A DNA stretch of 21,528 nt from a virus (Duplodnaviria > Heunggongvirae > Uroviricota > Caudoviricetes): the IMG/VR virus record IMGVR_UViG_2526164668_000015, one strand, 5' to 3'. Both the position numbers and the translations under genes were made by a program. A model generated the notes under the pieces. That model saw only the letters and a program-made list of their open reading frames with translations. It had not been told where the DNA came from and made no database searches. Below, piece after piece: positions 9,436 to 18,049 of this stretch. Each line of letters begins with the position of its first letter. Within the stretch, counting starts at the first letter, position 1.

Positions 9436-9959
9436 CTATCAAATCAAATACGCCAGCACACGACAAGGACTGCTGGCAAACGCCGCTTTGGCTTTTTGAT
9501 GCACTGGATATTGAGTTTGGATTCTGGCTGGATTCGGCAGCGAGCGACAAAAACGCTCTGTGCGCTCACTGGCTAACTGAGGCTGACGACGCGCTAAATT
9601 CTGAGTGGATAAGCCACGGTGCAATCTGGAATAACCCACCGTACAGCAATATCAGGCCGTGGGTGGAAAAAGCCGCTGAGCAGTGCATACAACAGCGACA
9701 GACGGTAGTGATGCTTGTGCCAGAGGATATGTCTGTCGGATGGTTCAGCAAGGCTCTGGAGAGTGTTGACGAAGTTCGTATTATCACTGATGGACGGATT
9801 AATTTTATCGAACCATCGACAGGGCTGGAGAAGAAGGGAAACAGCAAAGGCTCCATGCTGCTGATTTGGCGACCGTTCATTAGTCCTCGACGGATGTTTA
9901 CTATCGTATCCAAAGCGGCATTGATGGCGATCGGGCAGGGCGTCAGGAGGGCGACATGA
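9432..9959 (+). CDS. phage Dam-family DNA N6-adenine methyltransferase (orphan MTase)
   Basis: 175-aa [51 protein letters not shown]...[21 protein letters not shown]... with the (D/N)PPY catalytic motif. It is ATGA-coupled to ninB on one side and ninE on the other, in the position of lambda ninC/ninD. Confidence 0.8.
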   Translation: MTIKSNTPAHDKDCWQTPLWLFDALDIEFGFWLDSAASDKNALCAHWLTEADDALNSEWISHGAIWNNPPYSNIRPWVEKAAEQCIQQRQTVVMLVPEDMSVGWFSKALESVDEVRIITDGRINFIEPSTGLEKKGNSKGSMLLIWRPFISPRRMFTIVSKAALMAIGQGVRRAT

Positions 9960-10138
9960 GGCGACAACGACGAAGTTTCACCGACATCATCTGCGAAAAC
10001 TGCAAATACCTTCCAACGAAACGCTCCAGAAATAAACGCAAGCCAATCCCAAAAGAATCTGACGTAAAAACCTTCAACTACACGGCTCACCTGTGGGATA
10101 TCCGGTGGCTAAGACATCGTGCGAGGAATACAAGGTGA
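9956..10138 (+). CDS. ninE: NinE
   Basis: 60-aa [63 protein letters not shown], lambda NinE-like. Confidence 0.8.
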   Translation: MRRQRRSFTDIICENCKYLPTKRSRNKRKPIPKESDVKTFNYTAHLWDIRWLRHRARNTR

Positions 10139-10305
10139 TTGACCCAAATCGAAGTTACGAACAAGAAAGCGTCGAGCGGGCTTTAACGTGCGCTAATTGC
10201 GGTCAGAAGCTGCATGTGCTGGAAGTTCACGTGTGTGAGCACTGCTGTGCAGAGCTGATGAGCGATTCGAATAGCTCGATGCACGAGGAAGAAGATGATG
10301 GCTAA
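10135..10305 (+). CDS. ninF: NinF (Cys-rich small protein), probable GTG start
   Basis: [56 protein letters not shown] matches lambda NinF. The GTG at 10135 overlaps the ninE stop. Confidence 0.75.
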   Translation: MIDPNRSYEQESVERALTCANCGQKLHVLEVHVCEHCCAELMSDSNSSMHEEEDDG

Positions 10306-10909
10306 ACCAGCGCGAAGACGATGTAAAAACGATGAATGTCGGGAATGGTTTCACCCTGCATTCGCTAATCAGTGGTGGTGCTCTCCAGAGTGTGGAACCA
10401 AGATAGCACTCGAACGACGAAGTAAAGAACGCGAAAAAGCGGAAAAAGCAGCAGAGAAGAAACGACGACGAGAGGAGCAGAAACAGAAAGATAAACTTAA
10501 GATTCGAAAACTCGCCTTAAAGCCCCGCAGTTACTGGATTAAACAAGCCCAACAAGCCGTAAACGCCTTCATCAGAGAAAGAGACCGCGACTTACCATGT
10601 ATCTCGTGCGGAACGCTCACGTCTGCTCAGTGGGATGCCGGACATTACCGGACAACTGCTGCGGCACCTCAACTCCGATTTGATGAACGCAATATTCACA
10701 AGCAATGCGTGGTGTGCAACCAGCACAAAAGCGGAAATCTCGTTCCGTATCGCGTCGAACTGATTAGCCGCATCGGGCAGGAAGCAGTAGACGAAATCGA
10801 ATCAAACCATAACCGCCATCGCTGGACTGTCGAAGAGTGCAAGGCGATCAAGGCAGAGTACCAACAGAAACTCAAAGACCTGCGAAACAGCAGAAGTGAG
10901 GCTGCATGA
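10295..10909 (+). CDS. ninG: NinG (Rap) recombination-associated endonuclease
   Basis: 204-aa [54 protein letters not shown]... matches lambda NinG. Confidence 0.9.
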   Translation: MMAKPARRRCKNDECREWFHPAFANQWWCSPECGTKIALERRSKEREKAEKAAEKKRRREEQKQKDKLKIRKLALKPRSYWIKQAQQAVNAFIRERDRDLPCISCGTLTSAQWDAGHYRTTAAAPQLRFDERNIHKQCVVCNQHKSGNLVPYRVELISRIGQEAVDEIESNHNRHRWTVEECKAIKAEYQQKLKDLRNSRSEAA

Positions 10910-11571
10910 ATATCTACGAAAGAATTGATGGCAGCAAATACCGAAATATTTGGGTAGCTGGCGACCTGCACGGATGCTACACGAACCTGATGAACAAACT
11001 GGATACGATTGGATTCGACACCAAAAAAGACCTGCTCATCTCGGTTGGCGATTTGGTTGATCGCGGTACAGAGAACGTCGAATGTCTGGAATTAATCACA
11101 TTCCCCTGGTTCAGAGCTGTGCGTGGAAACCATGAGCAAATGATGATTGATGGCTTATCAGAGCGTGGAAACGTTAATCACTGGCTGCTTAATGGCGGTG
11201 GCTGGTTCTTTAATCTCGATTACGACAAAGAGACTCTGGCTAAAGTTCTTGCCCATAAAGCAGAAGAACTTCCGTTAATCATCGAACTGGTGAGCAAAGA
11301 TAAAAAATATGTCATTTGCCACGCCGATTATCCTTGTGATAAATACGAGTTTGGAAAGCCAGTTGATCATCAGCAGGTAATCTGGAACCGCGAACGAATC
11401 AGCAACTCACAAGACGGGATCGTGAAAGAAATCAAAGGCGCGGACACGTTCATCTTTGGTCATACGCCAGCAGTGAAACCACTCAAATTTGCCAACCAGA
11501 TGTATATCGATACTGGCGCAGTGTTCTGCGGAAACCTCACATTGATTCAGGTACAGGGAGAAGGCGCATGA
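10906..11571 (+). CDS. ninI: NinI Ser/Thr protein phosphatase (lambda PPase)
   Basis: 221-aa ORF with calcineurin-like metallophosphatase motifs GDLHG, GDLVDRG and GNHE. It matches lambda NinI and follows ninG directly with no ninH. Confidence 0.9.
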   Translation: MNIYERIDGSKYRNIWVAGDLHGCYTNLMNKLDTIGFDTKKDLLISVGDLVDRGTENVECLELITFPWFRAVRGNHEQMMIDGLSERGNVNHWLLNGGGWFFNLDYDKETLAKVLAHKAEELPLIIELVSKDKKYVICHADYPCDKYEFGKPVDHQQVIWNRERISNSQDGIVKEIKGADTFIFGHTPAVKPLKFANQMYIDTGAVFCGNLTLIQVQGEGA

Positions 11572-11657
11572 GACTCGAAAGCGTAGCTAAATTTCATTCG
11601 CCAAAAAGCCCGATGATGAGCGACTCACTACTGGCCACAGTTTATTGGTTTTCGTAA
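11568..11657 (+). pseudogene. Q: truncated remnant of lambda Q antiterminator (29 codons)
   Basis: ATG overlapping the ninI stop encodes [20 protein letters not shown], identical to the lambda Q N-terminus as recalled. It then diverges (LLATVYWFS) and stops at 11655-11657. Confidence 0.7.
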
Positions 11658-11700
11658 CTGAGTCATTTTATTATTTTATTGCAACTTTTAATCTTTTATA

Positions 11701-11747
11701 GTGCGAAATAAATGGAGCTGGCATTCATTTCGCACTTTATGTTTTTG
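11701..11747. terminator. hairpin plus T-tract between convergent genes (candidate bidirectional terminator)
   Basis: GTGCGAAAT (11701-11709) pairs with ATTTCGCAC (11727-11735) as a 9-bp stem around a 17-nt loop, followed by TTTATGTTTTTG. It lies between the Q remnant (+) and the convergent outer-membrane gene (-). Confidence 0.45.
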
Positions 11748-11782
11748 TTGGACTTATGTTATTTTGATTGAATTCAATTCAG

Positions 11783-12742
11783 TTAAAAAAAGAAGGTGAT
11801 TGCTCCATTTATAAATGAATAGTCATCCCCTGTCTTGAATTCTGATGTTACTTTATTAAATGCTAGTGTGAAGGCTACAGGTGCATACCCAATTGTTGCG
11901 CCAACTTGATATTCATCAACAGTTTTGTTTAGCGATACTGTTGTTTGTTTCGTCTGTATTGTTTTTCCTTCGAGAGTATAGTTGCGATTGACATCTCGTC
12001 TTTCCATACCTGCAAAAATCTTGTATTTGAATCCGCTTGTATCGGACATATGCATTAAACCACGGGGAGCCAGCAGACCAAAGCCATTATCCGAATTGAA
12101 GGTTTTATCATTACCAATGGCAATGGTTGCGCCATATGCTACATATTGAAATAAGTTTCCAGTAACAGCAGAAACTTCAGGGTATAATCCAACATTAGCA
12201 CCTAAAATATCCATACTTGGTGTCATGGATAGCATCCCTTTTACAGTATAACCGTAGCGATTCTCTATTTGATCATCCCATGCATGATATTTTTCTGCCC
12301 CAATAATCTCATGAGCTTTATTTTGTACTTTCTGACCGCCTGCGTCGGGGCCAACAACACCTATGTCAGTACCTAATCGATAGCGAATCCAGTCATTCGC
12401 AAGGGAGTTCCATTCAATACCAGTGTGAGTGTATGCACTAAAAGCTCTGTCTCCAGTTACAGCTGTGTTGTGTCTTTTATTACTGCCTGATGGAGAGTAA
12501 ATATCTTGCGCAATATGGAGAGATAATTGGCTCGAGTCTGAGATATCGTGGCTATATCCCAGAAATAAGCCTTGTGAGTAATCATCTCTGTTTTCATGTT
12601 TATTGCCATAAATATCATTAAGTATTGGTTGAAACTTCCCTGCATCATCATTTGCTAATGATAATGCAAGGCTGTTCGCGATAGCTGAACACGTGGTAAA
12701 TGACAGAGCAATAAAGACGCCAGCGATGACACTTTTTTTCAT
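11783..12742 (-). CDS. outer-membrane beta-barrel protein; size and architecture compatible with an LpxR-type lipid A 3'-O-deacylase (unverified)
   Basis: 319-aa ORF with signal peptide MKKSVIAGVFIALSFTTCSAIA and C-terminal aromatic beta-signal ...INGAITFFF. It is AT-rich with a long AT-rich upstream region (12743-13130). The LpxR assignment rests only on length, OMP architecture and a recalled prophage-encoded LpxR in pathogenic E. coli. Confidence 0.8.
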   Translation of the reverse strand: MKKSVIAGVFIALSFTTCSAIANSLALSLANDDAGKFQPILNDIYGNKHENRDDYSQGLFLGYSHDISDSSQLSLHIAQDIYSPSGSNKRHNTAVTGDRAFSAYTHTGIEWNSLANDWIRYRLGTDIGVVGPDAGGQKVQNKAHEIIGAEKYHAWDDQIENRYGYTVKGMLSMTPSMDILGANVGLYPEVSAVTGNLFQYVAYGATIAIGNDKTFNSDNGFGLLAPRGLMHMSDTSGFKYKIFAGMERRDVNRNYTLEGKTIQTKQTTVSLNKTVDEYQVGATIGYAPVAFTLAFNKVTSEFKTGDDYSFINGAITFFF

Positions 12743-13216
12743 ATGTTATTGTCTTCCTTTTTTTTGAATGGTGCGCGTATTTTACATACATGAGTTTGTA
12801 ATACAAGGTGCGTAATCAATATGATGTTTTATAATTGCGTGAGACAATTGATTTATTCGTTTTTTATTGCGGTTTTTATTATCTTTTAATGTAACGGTGT
12901 TTTTATTAAGTGTGTTTGCGTGGTGTTTTATGTTTTTTATAATTTTTATTTTATTAAATTTAAATGCATTAGTAATGGCTATTCTATATAGCAATATAAG
13001 AACTGTTACAAAAAAAGGGGGGCAATTACAGGTAGTTATGGATGATGAGTGAAACAGATATTGGAGAACCGGGGAATGAATGATGTCTGAGTCTTATATA
13101 TCAGAACTCCTTCGCTGTCGCTGGGGGCTCCTGTGCTTATGTCGTTTCCCCGATTCGGTTTTGAACGATTACCGAATGTTGAAGAATTATGCCAAAATAT
13201 AGAAAGGATTTACTGC

Positions 13217-13906
13217 ATGAATACCCAATATTTACAGTATGTTCGTGAGCAACTTATGGCAGCTACTGCTGACTTGAACGGAGCAACGAAAGGCCAGCTC
13301 GAAGCCTGGCAGGAGCATGCACAATTTGATACTGGTACATACAAACGAAAGAAGCTGCGCATTCTGGATGTGGTAACTGGCAAGATGATTACGCTGGATA
13401 ATACGCCGACTTCCGGTAAGCAGTCGTACGCAAAAGGTTCATCCATTGCTTTGGTCAGCCCGGTTGAATTCTCAACCTCTTCATGGCGCCGCGCGGTTTT
13501 GTCTCTCGATGAACATCAGAAAGCATGGTTGCTTTGGTGTTACAGCGAAAGCGTTCGATGGGGGCATCAGGTCACCATAACGCAATGGGCATGGAGCGAG
13601 TTTAAAGATTTGTTAAGTAACAGAAAAATTGCAGGTAAGACACTGGATCGCCTGAAGACGTTAATCTGGCTGGCTGCACAGGATGTGAAGAGCGAACTTG
13701 CAGGGCGTGAGGCCTATGAATACCAGACACTGGCATCATTGGTGGGAGTGACAACAAAAAACTGGTCCGAGACATTTACTGAACGCTGGGTTGCAATGAA
13801 GCACATTTTTCTACAGCTTGATAGTGATGCTTTATTGCTTGTGACGAGAACACGTTCAAAACAAAAGGCAGCATTTTTACAGCAAAATATTGCAAAACTG
13901 GATTAA
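13217..13906 (+). CDS. putative late-gene antiterminator (Q-like, non-lambda family), 229 aa; alternative start at 13133
   Basis: ORF with an AAAGGA Shine-Dalgarno before ATG 13217. It sits where Q is expected, after the nin genes and the Q remnant, and is immediately followed by a sigma70 promoter plus short-transcript terminator. There is no recognisable similarity to lambda Q, so the assignment is by position and context only. Confidence 0.5.
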   Translation: MNTQYLQYVREQLMAATADLNGATKGQLEAWQEHAQFDTGTYKRKKLRILDVVTGKMITLDNTPTSGKQSYAKGSSIALVSPVEFSTSSWRRAVLSLDEHQKAWLLWCYSESVRWGHQVTITQWAWSEFKDLLSNRKIAGKTLDRLKTLIWLAAQDVKSELAGREAYEYQTLASLVGVTTKNWSETFTERWVAMKHIFLQLDSDALLLVTRTRSKQKAAFLQQNIAKLD

Positions 13907-13918
13907 AAGCCATATACT
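13890..13918 (+). promoter_or_regulatory. candidate late promoter (pR'-like): TTGCAA-N17-TATACT
   Basis: -35 TTGCAA (13890-13895), 17-nt spacer, -10 TATACT (13913-13918), directly downstream of the Q-like ORF stop. Confidence 0.5.
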
Positions 13919-13951
13919 TCATGCAAATTTGGTATGTTGTAAAAAATGTAT

Positions 13952-13978
13952 AAACCCGCTGCCGAGTGGGTTTTTTTT
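13952..13978 (+). terminator. intrinsic terminator (tR'-like) about 30-50 nt downstream of the candidate late promoter
   Basis: AAACCCGC-tgccga-GTGGGTTT followed by TTTTTTTT: an 8-bp stem (one G-U pair), 6-nt loop and T8 tract. Confidence 0.65.
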
Positions 13979-14247
13979 ATGCCCTGAGTTGTACTTGTAC
14001 GGTAAACATGCTGGCTGCTATGTAATAGAGTTTTTTTAGCCTGTAACCTCTTGACGGCATTGAATTGCTTTTGTTATGAGTTGTAAGCCAATGTTATCAT
14101 CTTGTATTGGGGTGGTTATGAAGGATGGTGCGCTGCTCAGGAGTTCTTCACTTTTTATTGCCTACATGGGATGCCTTGGATGGGGGAGTGCTTATTTCTA
14201 TGGATGGGGTACTTCTTTTTACTACGGCTTCCCATGGTGGATTGTAG

Positions 14248-14595
14248 GTGCAGGTGTTGATGATGTTGCCAGAAGTTTATTTTTTTGCAGTTATCGTCAT
14301 TGCTATATTTCTTATCGGTTGGGGTATTGGTGTTGTATTCTTTTTCGCAGTGAAAAGAAAACATTCTATGCAAGAGCTAAATGTATTTCGCCTTTATTTT
14401 GCTGTGGAATTATTGTTTGTGCCGGCAATTATTGAGTTTTCTATATTGAGACAGAAGATTCAGGTACCTCTTTTGCTACTGTCAGCAGCGATTGCGCTGG
14501 CGGTTACAATTTCGATAAGATCTTATGGGCGATTTTTATCGGTATCATGCTTCTATGATAAGCCATTTATAAAAAACATTTTTTTGAGATTGTGA
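14248..14595 (+). CDS. small integral membrane protein (about 3 TM helices), AT-rich cargo gene
   Basis: Translation ...LPEVYFFAVIVIAIFLIGWGIGVVFFFAVKRKHSMQELNVFRLYFAVELLFVPAIIEFSILRQKIQVPLLLLSAAIALAVTISI... has three hydrophobic segments. The start is ambiguous (GTG 14248, ATG 14260 or 14263). An overlapping upstream ORF (14076-14435) may be its frameshifted N-terminus. Confidence 0.5.
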   Translation: MQVLMMLPEVYFFAVIVIAIFLIGWGIGVVFFFAVKRKHSMQELNVFRLYFAVELLFVPAIIEFSILRQKIQVPLLLLSAAIALAVTISIRSYGRFLSVSCFYDKPFIKNIFLRL

Positions 14596-14834
14596 TGATT
14601 GCTTTTGTGGCATATTTTTGGCTTTTTTCATTTCTGACAGGATATTACAAACCACAGTTTAAGAAAGAATATGAAATGATTAATTATAATGATGGTTGGT
14701 ATTATGTTCTTGCTCGTTATGATAATTGTCTGGTTTTGTCTACTTCTTTCAATGCAGGTAGTAAAAGGTTTGTCATTTATCAATCAGCACAAGATAAGAA
14801 TCTTCAGGTTGATATTGTAAGGACCAGAATTTAA
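14592..14834 (+). CDS. small protein with N-terminal TM helix, coupled to the preceding membrane protein
   Basis: MMIAFVAYFWLFSFLTGYYKPQFKKEYEMINYNDGWYYVLARYDNCLVLSTSFNAGSKRFVIYQSAQDKNLQVDIVRTRI. The ATG overlaps the upstream TGA stop (ATGA). Confidence 0.5.
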   Translation: MMIAFVAYFWLFSFLTGYYKPQFKKEYEMINYNDGWYYVLARYDNCLVLSTSFNAGSKRFVIYQSAQDKNLQVDIVRTRI

Positions 14835-15124
14835 TTGGCTGCATAAATAATATTTTAAGTTGCAAGTTGGCTATTCGTAGGAATAGAACCTTAGGCATGC
14901 TGAATGCGTTTTCTGAACATTGTTTTATAAACTGTGTCTGCTTGCTGTTGTGATCCTGCTTTTAGTGATGGTGATGATGGATTTCACCAGCAGGATAATG
15001 TTGGTACTGACTGATGGCGCTCTGGTCTGCGGCATTGTGGTATTGCTGTGGCCGATGATGAAAGAACAGGTGATGCTGCCAACTTACTGATTTAGTGTAT
15101 GATGGTGTTTTTTGAGGTGCTCCA

Positions 15125-15400
15125 GTGGCTTCTGTTTCTATCAGCTGTCCCTCCTGTTCAGCTACTGACGGGGTGGTGCGTAACGGCAAAAGCACCGCCG
15201 GACATCAGCGCTATCTCTGCTCTCACTGCCGTAAAACATGGCAACTGCAGTTCACTTACACCGCTTCTCAACCCGGTACGCACCAGAAAATCATTGATAT
15301 GGCCATGAATGGCGTTGGATGCCGGGCAACTGCCCGCATTATGGGCGTTGGCCTCAACACGATTTTACGTCACTTAAAAAACTCAGGCCGCAGTCGGTAA
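15125..15400 (+). CDS. insA: IS1 InsA
   Basis: 91-aa translation [91 protein letters not shown]. Confidence 0.95.
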
Positions 15401-15822
15401 CCTCGCGCATACAGCCGGGCAGTGACGTCATCGTCTGCGCGGAAATGGACGAACAGTGGGGCTATGTCGGGGCTAAATCGCGCCAGCGCTGGCTGTTTTA
15501 CGCGTATGACAGTCTCCGGAAGACGGTTGTTGCGCACGTATTCGGTGAACGCACTATGGCGACGCTGGGGCGTCTTATGAGCCTGCTGTCACCCTTTGAC
15601 GTGGTGATATGGATGACGGATGGCTGGCCGCTGTATGAATCCCGCCTGAAGGGAAAGCTGCACGTAATCAGCAAGCGATATACGCAGCGAATTGAGCGGC
15701 ATAACCTGAATCTGAGGCAGCACCTGGCACGGCTGGGACGGAAGTCGCTGTCGTTCTCAAAATCGGTGGAGCTGCATGACAAAGTCATCGGGCATTATCT
15801 GAACATAAAACACTATCAATAA
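15319..15822 (+). CDS. insB: IS1 InsB (transposase produced as InsAB' by frameshift)
   Basis: 167-aa ORF ...[72 protein letters not shown] overlapping insA in the -1 frame. Confidence 0.95.
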
Positions 15823-16581
15823 GTTGGAGTCATTACCAGTACCTTGTAGCCTTTATTTGCAGGATATAAAGGTAAAAACTCGGTTAATAATGGGTCAGGA
15901 CCTTTAATAGTTGTAAACTTGAACAAAATGACGTTAATATTATTAACGTAGATGATATTATCAGAACAACCTTCTTGCCATCCATTTTATCGCATTCAAA
16001 CATTATAAATGTACTTAGTATTATTCATAAATGATATCAAGATGGCACCTTAACCTTCACCCAAACGACGTTAACCAAATAAAAGAAAGTTAAGATGCCA
16101 TCGAAATATCATTAATTGCTGCATATCCTTTATCATACAATAACAAATGTTCTCCTTATTGTTTTTTTGTGCATCCCTGCTTTTAATATTTACATGCAAT
16201 GGAAAAACAGTATATGGAGAGAACTTTTCCGCAAAACATTTTCATATCCTACGCTCCTGAAATATAACAGATCCACTCAGACATAAATCGCAAAAAATTC
16301 AAGGTTAACGTAAAATGTAAAAAACTTAGCGTAACTAATATTGGTTTACCTTCGTTACTGTAAATACGCCAACATAGCATAGATAATCAATGAGGTATAG
16401 TCTGTTTATGAGAATTAATTTATAAAAACAAGTGAATAACAATGGAGAATTAATCCTTGCAGCTTATGAGTTTGTGAAGCAATTGGGAAAGAAAAATATA
16501 AATGATGTGAAAAAAAATAATTATTCGTCTTACCAATGCACTCGAGACTACTGATCCTACCCACGTAATGTGGACACGGCC

Positions 16582-17435
16582 CTAAGCGAGATTATGGTTT
16601 TCAAATTGTTCCGGGCTGAGACCGCCACAGGCACTGTGACGACGCCAGCGATTGTAATCACACTCGATATAATTAAACACCGTTGCCCGCATTATTTCCC
16701 GGCTGCTAAAGCGTTCCCCGTGGATACATTCCACCTTCAGCGAATGAAAGAAGCTTTCCACACAGGCATTGTATAACAGTAGCCTTTCGCACTCATACTG
16801 CCACGCAGGTTGTGTCGCTTCAGCAGCGCCTGATAATCCCCTGAACAGTATTGACCACCACGGTCCGTATGAACAATGACGCTTTCCGGGCGTCTTCTCC
16901 GCCACAACGCCATTTGCAGTGCATCACAGGCCAGTTGTGCTGTCATTCGCGGTGACATCGACCAGCCAATAACGGCGCGTGACCACAGGTCGATGACTAC
17001 TGCGAGATACAACCAGCCCTCATCGGTACGCAAGTACGTGATGTCACCCGCCCACTTCTGGTTCGGGCCGCTGGCGCTGAAGTCCTGCTCCAGCAGATTC
17101 TCCAATACGGGCAGGCCATGTGCACGGTAGCTGACCGGGCTGAACTTCCGGCTGGCTTTCGCCCGCAGCCCCTGACGACGCAGGCTGGCGGCAATGGTTT
17201 TAATATTGAACTCCGGCAGTTCGTCAGCAAGGCGGGGAGCACCGTATCGCTGCTTTGCCTCAAAGAATGCCTTATGGACAGCGGCATCGCAGGTGAGCCG
17301 AAACTGTTGGCGCAGGCTCATCTGGTGACGACGCCTGAGCCAGACATACCAGCCGCTGCGGGCAACCCGAAGTACACGACACATCGCTTTGATGCTGAAC
17401 TCTGCCCGATGATTTTCGATGAAGACATACTTCAT
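16582..17435 (-). pseudogene. IS3-family transposase OrfB (InsF-like DDE) with an internal frameshift
   Basis: InsF-like sequence [30 protein letters not shown]...[30 protein letters not shown] runs to about 16775 and then stops ([14 protein letters not shown]-stop). The InsF C-terminus ([19 protein letters not shown]...[14 protein letters not shown]) continues in another frame at 16582-16773. This is consistent with a 1-nt deletion near TGTTATACAATGCC, where IS3 as recalled has TGTTATGACAATGCC. Confidence 0.8.
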
Positions 17436-17731
17436 TTCAGGCGCTTCGCGAAGTATGTCGCGGCCTTTTGGAGGATGGCCAGTTCCTCAGCCTGCTCCGC
17501 CAGTTGTCGTTTAAGGCGGACATTTTCAGCGGCCAGTTCGCTTTCGCGCTCTGACGAACTCATTTGTTGCTGCTGTTTACTGCGCCAGGCATAAAGCTGG
17601 GATTCATACAGGCTGAGTTCACGGGCTGCGGCGGCCACACCGATGCGTTCAGCGAGTTTCAGGGCTTCGTTACGAAATTCAGGCGTATGTTGTTTACGGG
17701 GCTTCTTGCTGATTGATACTGGTTTTGTCAT
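17432..17731 (-). CDS. IS3-family transposase OrfA (InsE-like, HTH)
   Basis: 99-aa [102 protein letters not shown]. Confidence 0.9.
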   Translation of the reverse strand: MTKPVSISKKPRKQHTPEFRNEALKLAERIGVAAAARELSLYESQLYAWRSKQQQQMSSSERESELAAENVRLKRQLAEQAEELAILQKAATYFAKRLK

Positions 17732-18049
17732 GAGTCACCTCTGGTTGAGAGTTTACTCACTTAGTCCTGTGTCCACTATTGGTGGGTAAGATCATAAATA
17801 CCCATTCAATACGCTGTATGGCCGCTGAAAGAACATTTTCTTCCGCTATGACTTTTTGTGTACCTCTCATACATAGCCCTGATAAAGCATTCTGATTTAA
17901 CTTTCTGTCAAATACGAGGCAACCAGTCCGTAATCAACCACACAACAAACCAGAACCCCATCATCAGAATCAAATACTCCATGATGACTGAAATACTTAT
18001 TTTCATATCATTACCGCACCCTGATAATATTCAGTACAGAATTATCCCA

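Larger units (their letters stand above)
15069..15837 (+). mobile_element. IS1 insertion sequence (complete, about 768 bp)
   Basis: Left end GGTGATGCTGCCAACTTACTGATTTAGTGTATGATGG and right end ...GTTGGAGTCATTACC are the inverted repeats of IS1. insA and insB lie inside. The flanks (GAAAGAACA versus AGTACCTTG) show no target-site duplication. Confidence 0.92.
16552..17794 (-). mobile_element. IS3-family insertion sequence (IS3-like, about 1.24 kb)
   Basis: Terminal inverted repeats begin TGATCCTACCCACGTAATGTGGACACGGCC at 16552 and, on the minus strand, TGATCTTACCCACCAATAGTGGACAC ending at 17794. orfA and orfB are IS3 InsE/InsF-like. Confidence 0.9.

Noticed and set aside
8249-10090. ORFs 8249..8488, 8415..8672, 9368..9550, 9439..9639 and 9566..10090 (174 aa, minus)
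   Set aside because: They overlap P, ren, ninB and the methyltransferase. The 174-aa minus-strand ORF is antisense to the NPPY methyltransferase, which has the conserved catalytic motif, so the plus-strand gene is preferred.
12782-13052. ORFs 12782..12994 (-) and 12867..13052 (+) upstream of the outer-membrane gene
   Set aside because: They fall in an extremely AT-rich region, have Lys/Asn/Ile-rich low-complexity translations and no ribosome-binding site; this is most likely promoter DNA.
13907-15068. Shiga-toxin genes, tRNA genes or lysis genes downstream of the late promoter
   Set aside because: I looked for stxA/stxB-like ORFs, tRNA-like sequence and S/R/Rz-like ORFs and found none; only small AT-rich membrane-protein ORFs are present.
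14962-15195. His-rich 77-aa minus-strand ORF ending in HHHHH
   Set aside because: It overlaps the IS1 left inverted repeat and insA region in antisense; the His run is a translation of a GTGATG-rich stretch, not a tag or real gene.
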